64,000 bases of DNA from an uncultured virus (IMG/VR IMGVR_UViG_3300010430_000021) (taxonomy: Duplodnaviria > Heunggongvirae > Uroviricota > Caudoviricetes), in the IMG/VR virus record IMGVR_UViG_3300010430_000021; one strand, 5' to 3'. The notes under the pieces were generated by a model. The model ran no database searches. It had not been told where the DNA came from and saw nothing but the letters and a program-made list of their open reading frames with translations. Shown here piece by piece: positions 18,717 to 27,124 of the stretch. Made by a program: the position numbers and the translations under genes. Positions within the stretch are counted from its first letter, which is position 1. The number at the start of each line of letters is the position of its first letter.

Positions 18717-19253
18717 TTGAAAGCACTAGGACACAGAGTAGATCTTGAAGCACCCTTCAAAGGGGCGCCTCAAACCGTTGCGCTCATCAAGAAGTACGCT
18801 CTTGAAGCGCAACGAGATCCACGAGTCCGACTGCTCGCGGAAGAGATTGTCAGTGGTCTCGGCTCAAAAGATTATTTGAGCGAGATCGCTGCGATCTACT
18901 ACTACGTTCTCAATCATACTCGCTACGCCAATGACCCTAGGACGGTGGAACTTGTTCGCCGGCCTGGGCGCATTGTTGCCGAGCTCGCCTCGGGAAAAAC
19001 CCCTAGCTTGGACTGTGACGATATGGTCACGTTCCAGGCTGCTCTGCTTTTGGCGCTAGGCCGAGAGGTACGCATCGTCACGATCGCGTTCCAGAAGGTC
19101 AAGTACCAAGGGCAGATTCAATACTCCCACGTCTACTTGCAGGCGAGGGAGCCTCGAACCGCACGCTGGCTCGTGCTTGATCCCGTAGCCGCCGAAGAAA
19201 TGCAGCAGATGCTCAATAGGGGCAAAGCTATCAAAATCTGGCCCCTGGCCTAA
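18717..19253 (+). CDS. Transglutaminase-like cysteine protease (putative virion maturation protease)
   Basis: LDCDD (Cys), SHVY (His), VLDP (Asp) triad; first gene of the membrane-protein cluster. Confidence 0.8.
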   Translation: MKALGHRVDLEAPFKGAPQTVALIKKYALEAQRDPRVRLLAEEIVSGLGSKDYLSEIAAIYYYVLNHTRYANDPRTVELVRRPGRIVAELASGKTPSLDCDDMVTFQAALLLALGREVRIVTIAFQKVKYQGQIQYSHVYLQAREPRTARWLVLDPVAAEEMQQMLNRGKAIKIWPLA

Positions 19254-19263
19254 AAGGAACACT

Positions 19264-20280
19264 ATGTCTTTCTACAACAAACCCTGGAACGCTGGATACG
19301 CACTGCCCGCTTACGCGGAAGCGGAAGATCCTTTGGTGCGCGGTAGCGCGAAGACAACTCCTTGGGCTCCCCGAGGCACCATCTCGAAAGTCCCCCCTGG
19401 CTCTAAGCTGGGCGGGTACGCCGTGCCTGCATACGTTCGTGCTGAGCCTGTAGGAAGCCAGGCGAAGACGACTCCTTGGTTGGCTCGAGGGACGTTCGAT
19501 GGCAACGTCACCAAGCTCAAGACGGGCCTGCCCTACTCCGAACATTCCCTAGCGAGCAACGGCCTTGGTGCTCTAGGAAGTCACAGCTCGCTTTCAGGCA
19601 ACACTGTCGCCGGTAGCTCGGTTGGCGGAAGCAACCCGATCGAGTCCTACGGACAGAAGGCCGCCGCGGCGATCCTCTTCGACTTCAAGAACATCCCTCT
19701 TGGTAAGAGGGACGAAGCGTTGCGCGAGCTCTTGGGACAAATCGACCCGAAGCTCTACAGCGCCGCCAAGAAAGCCATCAAGGAGCAGAAGGCCATGGGC
19801 CTCAAAGGTGAGAAGGCCGAGAAGGCTGGACTCGCTACGGCTTTCACTCACGGACTCACCAAAGAGTTCATGAAGCTCGGCAAGGGCCGCAAGCCTGTCG
19901 CGCCCGGCCTGAAAAACGGCCAGGTCGCTCTTGGAGCTCTCGTAGGCTTCGAGGCTCAGGCGGACAACTACCAAGACCTCGGGGGACTCTTGAGTGACAT
20001 CAAGAGCACTCTCAAGAAGATTGGCGGGTACGCCTGTGACGTGGCCACGCATCCCATCACTCCGATCGCCGCTGGCGCCGCTGGCGCGTACTACGGTGGC
20101 CCGCAAGGAGCATCCACAGCCACAGCAGGTGCCGGCGTCGCTGCCGCGGCCTGCTCCATTGGCAAACAACCTGCCCCGGGCCCTGCCTACGCTCCACAAG
20201 GCGGCGGTATGCCTGTCTGGGCGCTTCCTGCCATCATTGGCGGTGGTGCTCTTGCCCTTATCTTTGCACTGAAGAAATAG
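19264..20280 (+). CDS. Tail-anchored putative virion membrane protein
   Basis: Gly/Ala-rich with duplicated N-terminal motif; C-terminal TM + KK. Confidence 0.75.
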   Translation: MSFYNKPWNAGYALPAYAEAEDPLVRGSAKTTPWAPRGTISKVPPGSKLGGYAVPAYVRAEPVGSQAKTTPWLARGTFDGNVTKLKTGLPYSEHSLASNGLGALGSHSSLSGNTVAGSSVGGSNPIESYGQKAAAAILFDFKNIPLGKRDEALRELLGQIDPKLYSAAKKAIKEQKAMGLKGEKAEKAGLATAFTHGLTKEFMKLGKGRKPVAPGLKNGQVALGALVGFEAQADNYQDLGGLLSDIKSTLKKIGGYACDVATHPITPIAAGAAGAYYGGPQGASTATAGAGVAAAACSIGKQPAPGPAYAPQGGGMPVWALPAIIGGGALALIFALKK

Positions 20281-20281
20281 G

Positions 20282-20944
20282 ATGAGCCAAATGCAACGAC
20301 ATAACCATCAAGACCTCGGCTGGTGGTGGGAATCTGAGGACTACGGCGACGAGATTAAAAAGATCCGCGCTATTTCTGAAGGCTTCCGTGCTGTGCAACT
20401 ACCTGAGCAAATCCCGCTCTCAACAGCCAAGAGGATATTCACGGATGTTCTCCAGGCCGCGGGCGAGTTCACTCATGAGGTGGAGGTGGAGACCGGGAAG
20501 ACCGGGAACATCTTTGTCCACGAGCAGATCGCTGCCCGTGGGTTTAGTGTGATGCACGATGTTCAAAAGATGAACAGCAAGCTAATACCCATCATCCACA
20601 AGGCGATGGACGAAGGTGCCAGTATGGTGCCCTCGGGACAATTCAAGTACCAGGCAATCCTAATAACATCATCCATCGCCGCGTCCTATGAAGCGTTGGC
20701 AGAGATCCACGATGCGAAGCCTTGGTTCCTTCGTGGGGCTGGTGTGGATGCCGTCATCAAGTCACTCGTGAGCGCAGGGCGCGCGGTTCAGTTCGTTGCG
20801 GCCTATACGGTCGATCCTCTCAAGAACGCGCTCGACGCAGCCGACGACACCATGGCGAAGATGATCACCGTGCTCAAGTGGAGCTCCGTTGCAGGCGGAC
20901 TCTTCCTTCTATACAGAGCAATCGAGCCCAAGAAAGGCAAATAA
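20282..20944 (+). CDS. Tail-anchored putative virion membrane protein
   Basis: N-terminal QDLG; C-terminal TM + KKGK. Confidence 0.7.
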   Translation: MSQMQRHNHQDLGWWWESEDYGDEIKKIRAISEGFRAVQLPEQIPLSTAKRIFTDVLQAAGEFTHEVEVETGKTGNIFVHEQIAARGFSVMHDVQKMNSKLIPIIHKAMDEGASMVPSGQFKYQAILITSSIAASYEALAEIHDAKPWFLRGAGVDAVIKSLVSAGRAVQFVAAYTVDPLKNALDAADDTMAKMITVLKWSSVAGGLFLLYRAIEPKKGK

Positions 20945-20946
20945 CC

Positions 20947-21378
20947 ATGAGCAGCATCTACAGCGCACGTTCCATCGCCCTTTCTCTGGGCATGGGAGAG
21001 ACGCAAGCAACACTCTCCATCGGTCAGATGAACCGACGCCCGCGCGTGAGCGACCCCGACGCCGCATCTACTGTGCTCATCGTCAAAGCGATGCAGCGAG
21101 GACTCAACGTGATTGGTTGCGGCCTCAAAGAGACTGGACGCATCGACGACAGCACAGCCTCTTGTATGGTCGAAGTGTGCGGGCCTCTGTGGCAGAACAA
21201 GACCTGGCTCCACATTGGACAAGACATTCTTTGGGCCCAGGGCGAGGGTCGCAAAATCTCTCGAGGGAAAGCCCTTGAAGGTGTCGGGCACGACGGTCTC
21301 AGCGGAGGCAGCTTCGGAAGCAGCGCCGCAGCACTCGTTTCCATCATCGCACTCGCATACTTCTCGTTCAGAAAATAG
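20947..21378 (+). CDS. Tail-anchored protein with peptidoglycan-binding-like domain
   Basis: VKAMQRGLN...LKETGRIDDST pattern; C-terminal TM + RK. Confidence 0.6.
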   Translation: MSSIYSARSIALSLGMGETQATLSIGQMNRRPRVSDPDAASTVLIVKAMQRGLNVIGCGLKETGRIDDSTASCMVEVCGPLWQNKTWLHIGQDILWAQGEGRKISRGKALEGVGHDGLSGGSFGSSAAALVSIIALAYFSFRK

Positions 21379-21386
21379 GAAACACT

Positions 21387-21872
21387 ATGAGCTACAAAGT
21401 AGTCAGCGGCGTGTGCCGCCCACAAACATTCGAGGCCCTTGAGCAGTACAAAGGCGTTCAGCGAGAGACAAACCGTTTGCTCGACATGCAGGACGCGAAG
21501 TTGCTGTACGTCGATGGCCGCATCGGGGACAAGACCCGACTAGCCATCAACAAGGTTCTGGGCACGTCGTTCAAGACCTGTTCTGAGATTGCCGATCGCA
21601 TCGCGACGCTTTGGGTTAGCTTGAAGGGTCTCGCCGAGAGCAGCAATGCCGCGGTGGTCGCCGATCCCGAGAGCCCCGTGCGAAGCGTGATTTCTCCCCC
21701 CTCGAAGTACAACGCGGCGACCAACAAGGTTGTCCACCCAAGCATCTCGACGGCGGGAATCGCGGGCGTCCCTCTTTGGGCGATTGCGTTGTTCGGCGCG
21801 GGTGGCGCGTACTACTTCAGAAAAACCAAGAGCGGCAAGAAGCAGTGGAAGTCGCTCACAGGAGGCTTCTAA
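21387..21872 (+). CDS. Tail-anchored protein with peptidoglycan-binding-like domain
   Basis: VQRETNR...LYVDGRIGDKTRLAI pattern; C-terminal TM + basic tail. Confidence 0.65.
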   Translation: MSYKVVSGVCRPQTFEALEQYKGVQRETNRLLDMQDAKLLYVDGRIGDKTRLAINKVLGTSFKTCSEIADRIATLWVSLKGLAESSNAAVVADPESPVRSVISPPSKYNAATNKVVHPSISTAGIAGVPLWAIALFGAGGAYYFRKTKSGKKQWKSLTGGF

Positions 21873-22213
21873 TGCAATACTACTATCACGCAGCCTACCC
21901 TCGTAAGTACAATGCAGAGACGCGCACCATGCGACCCGAGAACTCGAGGGCCGCAGAAGCGAAGTCCCTTGGTTCCCTCCACAATAAAGGCCATGGTTCT
22001 CTCGGTAGCCGTTATGTCGGCCCTGTCTCTGCACAAGACCTCGGCAAAGAGAGCTACTTCGGAGCTCAAAGTTTGTCGGGTCAGAACTACTTCGGAGGAC
22101 AAGACCTAGGCAACCTTCTCTCGAACAACGAGAAGCGTCTTGTTGCTATTGGAGTGATCGGCATCGTCGGCTACTTCGCATTCGGCAAGAAGATCAAGAA
22201 AGCCCTCAAGTAA
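21872..22213 (+). CDS. Tail-anchored protein with repeated (QD/S)LG motifs
   Basis: TAATG coupling at both ends; C-terminal TM + KKIKK. Confidence 0.7.
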   Translation: MQYYYHAAYPRKYNAETRTMRPENSRAAEAKSLGSLHNKGHGSLGSRYVGPVSAQDLGKESYFGAQSLSGQNYFGGQDLGNLLSNNEKRLVAIGVIGIVGYFAFGKKIKKALK

Positions 22214-22533
22214 TGCGCTACTCCGTTTGGAATCAAGGTGCTCGTCAATACGATTATTACGAGACACCCGAAGTGCAGCTCGGTGCAAACACGCCGTCGC
22301 CGAAACACATCCGTTCGCAAGACCTCGGAGTGCCGGTCGATCGAGCGGGTTGGCCTCTTCCTGGCTCCGCACGGAAGGTCGGCAGTGGCGCGATGGCACA
22401 AGGTCGTATAGCATCGCGCCGCGGCGTCGGTTTGCCGCTTGGAGCAATCCGAATGGATAGCAATATGATCGGCATGGTGGGTCTCGGCGTTGCCGCGTTC
22501 CTACTTTGGAAAAACGGCTTTCTTAAAGCATGA
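22213..22533 (+). CDS. Tail-anchored putative virion protein
   Basis: C-terminal IGMVGLGVAAFLLWK. Confidence 0.7.
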   Translation: MRYSVWNQGARQYDYYETPEVQLGANTPSPKHIRSQDLGVPVDRAGWPLPGSARKVGSGAMAQGRIASRRGVGLPLGAIRMDSNMIGMVGLGVAAFLLWKNGFLKA

Positions 22534-23009
22534 ACCTCGCAATCAAACTGTACGAAGACTTTCACAAGTACCCGCCTACCAAGATAGGCGACTTCCCTGA
22601 TTCGTTCTTCATTCCAGAGCAGGCCACCTTTGTAGGCCCTGCGCTGTACGTGCTCTACCGTTCTGCGAAGTGCGACCCGATCACGTACATCAAACCAGAC
22701 AAGCCAGAGAACTACATCCACGAGCACAAGAGTGGTGTGAAGATCTGCATCGTCGATAGCGATGACGGTCCTGAGAAGAAAATCCCTCAGTACGTTCACC
22801 GCGTCGATGGCTTGACGTTCCTAGGGAAATGTCTGGGCTTCGGTTTCATCGACCACGACGGCGATGACATCGAAGCGAAATGCACAAGCTCCGAGCTCTA
22901 CGCGATACCTTCCGGCAAAGCACTTCTCGTCGTCGAGAAGAAGAAGAAAGTCACGGCGATTATTTGGGGAGGCAAACTGAATGTCGAACCAAGAGGGATT
23001 GTAGGTTAG
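22530..23009 (+). CDS. Soluble hypothetical protein of the virion module
   Basis: ATGA coupling; beta-rich, YIHEH motif. Confidence 0.7.
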   Translation: MNLAIKLYEDFHKYPPTKIGDFPDSFFIPEQATFVGPALYVLYRSAKCDPITYIKPDKPENYIHEHKSGVKICIVDSDDGPEKKIPQYVHRVDGLTFLGKCLGFGFIDHDGDDIEAKCTSSELYAIPSGKALLVVEKKKKVTAIIWGGKLNVEPRGIVG

Positions 23010-23012
23010 GTC

Positions 23013-23474
23013 ATGTCGGAAAATCGTATATCAGGAGATGTTGCGGAGCTTCAGGATGATATGTCTGAAGTCAAAGAGAAGCTCGTCGCGCACGAGACGC
23101 GCTTCGATAACGGAAGGCACGCCATGGGTGACATTCGCGAGAGAATCGAGAAGGTCGAGCAGAAGGTCGAGCCGAAAGCACCAGACTGGCTCAAGCTCAT
23201 GCTCGCTGGTTTGTCTGTCGTCGGCATTCTTATGGGAGCTCAGCTTTGGTTGACCGATCGATTCAACGACCGACCAACGCACGGCGAAGTCGAGAAGATG
23301 ACCTCGCCGATCAAGCAGGCCCAGAAGGAAACGGCCAAAGAAATTGGGGACATAGAGAAGTCCCAAAGCGCTCAAGCCACGTCGATCAAGAACATCGAAC
23401 GTGAGCAAACCAAACAGGGGAACAAGATCGACGTGATCCTAGAAAGACTTCCCGCAAGAAGAAATTCCCGATAG
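23013..23474 (+). CDS. Coiled-coil protein with central TM helix
   Basis: LMLAGLSVVGILMGAQLWL flanked by coiled coils. Confidence 0.7.
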   Translation: MSENRISGDVAELQDDMSEVKEKLVAHETRFDNGRHAMGDIRERIEKVEQKVEPKAPDWLKLMLAGLSVVGILMGAQLWLTDRFNDRPTHGEVEKMTSPIKQAQKETAKEIGDIEKSQSAQATSIKNIEREQTKQGNKIDVILERLPARRNSR

Positions 23475-23476
23475 AC

Positions 23477-23505
23477 TTGACACCAGCCTCCAGGCTGTTG
23501 AAAAT
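23477..23505 (+). promoter_or_regulatory. Putative sigma70-type promoter upstream of core/capsid genes
   Basis: TTGACA-N17-GAAAAT in the intergenic region. Confidence 0.4.
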
Positions 23506-23620
23506 TCACCTTGCCGCGCTCGTGTTCTCTCCGGTCACGTAGTTGAGCAAAACCCTATTCGACTGCTCACTCTGAGCAACTCAACTCGGTTTTGATCCTA
23601 ATGACCCCAGGGGGAGAGCA

Positions 23621-24844
23621 TTGCCCATTTACTATGTAAATCCTGCGAAACGCAGAGCAGCGACGAAAAAGCGCACGACCGTAAAACGTGCCGCCGCCAC
23701 GGGTTCGATCAAACGAGTTTCCACAAGCTCGAAGAAGGCTTCAAAGAAGAAGCCCTCTGGTAAGAAAACGGCGGCTCGAAAGCCCGCCACAACCAAACCC
23801 AAGCAGGGGAAAAAGAAAATGGCGAAGAAACTGTACGGAGCCGCTGCCGCTGCCCGCAAAAAGCGGCTGGCAAAACTCAAGCGCAAGCGGAGCGCAAAGA
23901 AAAATCCTTCTTCCAAGCGGAAGAGCACCACCAAGAGCCGTAGCACGGCAGCGAAGAAAGCAGCAGCAACGCGCAAGCGTAAAGCAGCAGCCCGAAGCGC
24001 AGCAGCTAAGAAGGCCGCCCGCACGCGCAAGCGTCGCGCAGGTGCGAAAAAGAATCCAGCCCGCAAGCGGAAGCGTACAGCAGTGAAGCGACGCAAGAGC
24101 GTGGCCAAGCGACGCACGAAGCGCAAGAGCTACAAGCGCAACCCAGCACCGAAGCGTCGGAAGCTGTCGGCTGCCGCTCGCAAGCGCCGCAAGTCGTATG
24201 GCGGAAAGCGCTCGAGCCGCGGGATGAAGAGCATCTCCAAGGCACGACGATCCATCAAGGCCGCTCGTCGGCGCGGCGGACTGTCTGGTTCCTTCGTCAA
24301 GAAGTACAAGATGAAGACGAACCCAGGCGGAATGAAGCAGGCAATCATGACTGCTCTCCCCATCGCCGGATCGTTCTACGTGTCCAAGCTGGCAGCCAAC
24401 AAGCTCGGAGACATCCCAGCCGTTGGTAACGTCCTCAGCAAGCTCAACGTCGGTGGTTACGACCTCGGCAAGCCTGCTCTTCAGGGACTCATGCTGGCCG
24501 GTGCTCACTACGGCACCAAAAAAGGCGCTCTCGCGAAGCACCGCACGGGCCTCATGCTCGGCACCGCTCTCGCTTTCGTCGATTCCTTGATTGCTACCTT
24601 CGCTCCAGCGGACGTGAAGAGCATGATCGGAATGCAGGGAGCTTCTCTCCCCGCAGCCACGGGCGAGTACGTCGCTTCGGGTGAGTACGTTGCTTCTAGC
24701 GAGTACGTCTCTACCGACGAGTACGTCTCGATGGACGGTCTCCACGAGATCCACGCCATCCATGGCATTGACGAAGAGCTCGGCGCAATCGAAGCAGGCG
24801 CCGACGTTGGAGTGAACAACGGAATCTTCGCCAACGGCTGGTAA
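23621..24844 (+). CDS. Histone H1-like Lys/Arg-rich core protein with hydrophobic C-terminal domain
   Basis: About 230 aa K/R/A/S-rich region with xxNP motifs, then amphipathic helices and EYV repeats; start may be TTG 23621 or ATG 23819. Confidence 0.8.
   Translation: MPIYYVNPAKRRAATKKRTTVKRAAATGSIKRVSTSSKKASKKKPSGKKTAARKPATTKPKQGKKKMAKKLYGAAAAARKKRLAKLKRKRSAKKNPSSKRKSTTKSRSTAAKKAAATRKRKAAARSAAAKKAARTRKRRAGAKKNPARKRKRTAVKRRKSVAKRRTKRKSYKRNPAPKRRKLSAAARKRRKSYGGKRSSRGMKSISKARRSIKAARRRGGLSGSFVKKYKMKTNPGGMKQAIMTALPIAGSFYVSKLAANKLGDIPAVGNVLSKLNVGGYDLGKPALQGLMLAGAHYGTKKGALAKHRTGLMLGTALAFVDSLIATFAPADVKSMIGMQGASLPAATGEYVASGEYVASSEYVSTDEYVSMDGLHEIHAIHGIDEELGAIEAGADVGVNNGIFANGW
24661..24730 (+). repeat. 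18-bp coding tandem repeat (xEYVxx x4)
   Basis: GAGTACGT core repeated four times at 18-bp period. Confidence 0.85.
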
Positions 24845-25029
24845 CAGCCAACCCCCCGGCGCAAGCCGGTTCGGGTCGGGGCAAGTCCCCGACCCTCCCC
24901 TTCTCGACTCATCCAATCGTCAATCGAAACTGAATCCGTTCCTATCCAATCCCGGGTAGGGCAAAAAAGGCAGGCGAAACCTGCCTGGTGGAATTCCCCA
25001 CCAAATCAAACAGACATTGGAGAATCAAG

Positions 25030-25593
25030 ATGCCAAGAATCCACGGAACCCGCGAACGACGACACCAGCCAATTTACGATAGCCTTCTGCGCACCACGGG
25101 TGCTCCGGCTACGACTCTTCAGCCAAGCACCAAGCTGTTCGGCAACGCCAACGTTGGCAACCTTTCCCTCACCAACCTCCAGGTCGCTGGACAGTTGGCA
25201 TCGGATCAAACCTACATCGTCATGGCACTTCGTTGCTTCATGTACTTCGTGGGTACCAACGCTACGGCTCTGTTCCAGCAAGTTGCTTCTCAGTTGACGT
25301 TCACCTTTACTCTTGGCGACAAGCCTCAGTTCGTTGCTCCAGCTTGGTACCTTCCAGCAGGTGGCGGCGTCTACGGCCCGAACGACTCGAGCAACGGTTG
25401 GCCTTCACAGGACGCAATTCTGAAACTGGCACGTCCTATCGTGATCCCAGTTCGACAGAACATCAGCGTCGACGCTCAGTTCTTCGCAGTCGGTTCGACT
25501 TCGGCCCTCACCACGATCAATGGTGCTGCCGGTGACGATCAGATGTCCGTGATCTACATGATCGACGGCATCCAGACTCGCGACGTTCAGTAG
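25030..25593 (+). CDS. Putative major capsid protein 1 (single jelly-roll-like)
   Basis: GGAG RBS, strong codon bias, structured leader and downstream terminator; beta-rich with QPIYD...TNLQVAGQLA motif. Fold is inferred. Confidence 0.55.
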   Translation: MPRIHGTRERRHQPIYDSLLRTTGAPATTLQPSTKLFGNANVGNLSLTNLQVAGQLASDQTYIVMALRCFMYFVGTNATALFQQVASQLTFTFTLGDKPQFVAPAWYLPAGGGVYGPNDSSNGWPSQDAILKLARPIVIPVRQNISVDAQFFAVGSTSALTTINGAAGDDQMSVIYMIDGIQTRDVQ

Positions 25594-25664
25594 CAGTCGT
25601 CAACATTCCGACCGAGCCATCAGGGCATGTCCCTCCTCTGGCTCACCACCAACAGGTGCTAAGG

Positions 25665-25693
25665 AACCCCGCTGTCACAAGCAGCGGGGTTTC
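25665..25693 (+). terminator. Intrinsic terminator/attenuator after capsid gene 1
   Basis: AACCCCGCTG/CAGCGGGGTT hairpin followed by a short T run. Confidence 0.6.
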
Positions 25694-25749
25694 AACCTGC
25701 CAACTCAAGGCAGCGTGGCATTGCCAAACCCTTCGGGAGAGACACCATC

Positions 25750-26358
25750 ATGAACGCTCAACAAGTAATCCGTCAGCTTGTCGCTGGCCAAAACGAGCTC
25801 AAGGCTCAATTCAAGCTCCTTCTCGCCAGTGAGGATGGACCGCGCAGCATCACGGAAGAGATTGACGCTCTCCCTGGCCGCCGCATCTTCTACAACCTGT
25901 CGGGACGCCAGAGCTTCACGATCGCTCAGCTTGCCCAGCGCAACGAGCCCGTGTCCTTCACAGTTTCGCAAGACGGCCCATTCGTCATGACGCACTACCC
26001 GCTCGTCATGTGGAAGCCAAACTTGCCGTCCACCGCCGACAACCTCGGCAAGTGGTCGCCGGTCGCTAGCTGGCCCGTCCCTGTTCAGCAGGAGACGAAC
26101 CAAGACTCGATCAACCTCTCCTACGAATTCTTTGATGGCGGCGCACAACGCGCTTTCAACAACGAACTCGCTGCGCCGCTCTTCTCGCGGCCCGACAACC
26201 TGGCACCGCTCCCCGTGCCTACGCTGTTCGCCCCCAACGCGAACGTCCAATTCTTCCCCACCTACGAGGACATCGAGTTCGCCGCAGGTGCAACCGTCGC
26301 AACGACGGGTGGGCAGTTGGTTGTCACCCTTCCCGGCTACCGAATCGTACAACTCTAG
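25750..26358 (+). CDS. Putative capsid protein 2 (single jelly-roll-like)
   Basis: GGAG RBS; 202 aa beta-rich (VSQDGPFVMTH...PVPTLFAPNANVQF...VVTLPGYR). Fold is inferred. Confidence 0.5.
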   Translation: MNAQQVIRQLVAGQNELKAQFKLLLASEDGPRSITEEIDALPGRRIFYNLSGRQSFTIAQLAQRNEPVSFTVSQDGPFVMTHYPLVMWKPNLPSTADNLGKWSPVASWPVPVQQETNQDSINLSYEFFDGGAQRAFNNELAAPLFSRPDNLAPLPVPTLFAPNANVQFFPTYEDIEFAAGATVATTGGQLVVTLPGYRIVQL

Positions 26359-26368
26359 GAGTCGGATC

Positions 26369-26992
26369 ATGCAAGCCCTCTACAACGAGGGTGCGATGGG
26401 GGATGCGAAAGTCGTAGCCCCAGTCACGCCCGCAGAAAAATCGAAGGCCGAGAAGCGCATCAAGTCGATGCGTCGCAAGCTCACGAAGTGGATCAAGGCT
26501 CGTCAAATCAACGACGAGGCAGCCATGGGAAAGCGGAAGGCGAAAGTCCCCGCCGCTGTGCTTGCGAAGACGCTCCCCCTCGCTCGAGATTGGAAGCTCG
26601 AGCAGCGTCTTGCTGTTCAGCTTCACGCGCTGTTGTCCGAAGTCATGGACGCATCGCAACTCCCTAACCCGGACATCTCCAAAGACCCCAACGCAGCCGT
26701 CAAGCTCGCTCAGATTGCCATCAGTGGCAAGCTGGGAGGCGAAGCGGTCTCTCCATCTCCACAAGGCATCATCTGGCTCTGGCCCGTCGTTGTCGTTGTG
26801 GGCATGGTGATGTTCACCATCATGGGCAAAATCTCGTCCGACGCGGACTTGGCAGAGCTCAAAGAGATGAATCGCTGCAAAGAGACCGGCGCTTGTACCG
26901 ACGAGGGCTTCTGGCTCAAGATGGCAGGCATCGCGCTCGTAGGCTGGATTGCCTGGGACAAACTGGGAGTCAAAAAGGCGTTCAAGAAATAA
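26369..26992 (+). CDS. Putative virion membrane protein (2 TM)
   Basis: AGGAG RBS; IIWLWPVVVVVGMVMF and FWLKMAGIALVGWIAW + KKAFKK. Confidence 0.75.
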   Translation: MQALYNEGAMGDAKVVAPVTPAEKSKAEKRIKSMRRKLTKWIKARQINDEAAMGKRKAKVPAAVLAKTLPLARDWKLEQRLAVQLHALLSEVMDASQLPNPDISKDPNAAVKLAQIAISGKLGGEAVSPSPQGIIWLWPVVVVVGMVMFTIMGKISSDADLAELKEMNRCKETGACTDEGFWLKMAGIALVGWIAWDKLGVKKAFKK

Positions 26993-27124
26993 CAACACAA
27001 GGAAGGAAGTAGTCCCTCAAGCCACCCGCCGATTGGGGTTGGTAGCACAGAAAAAAACCGGAGAGCTGGGCCGCAGATTTTGATCGGCGGGCGACTTGAG
27101 GGACTACTTTTAGAGGACACGACG

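Noticed and set aside
23741..24916. 391-aa minus-strand ORF and other long antisense ORFs (e.g. 28949..29932, 33989..34993, 38282..39211, 4232..5113)
   Set aside because: Shadows of better-supported genes on the opposite strand in GC-rich DNA; no RBS or motif support
24925..25003. c-di-GMP-I or c-di-AMP riboswitch (GGGCAAA...GAAA; CTGAATCC...GGTAGGG fragments)
   Set aside because: Only short fragments match and the remaining conserved elements are missing; kept only as an unnamed structured leader
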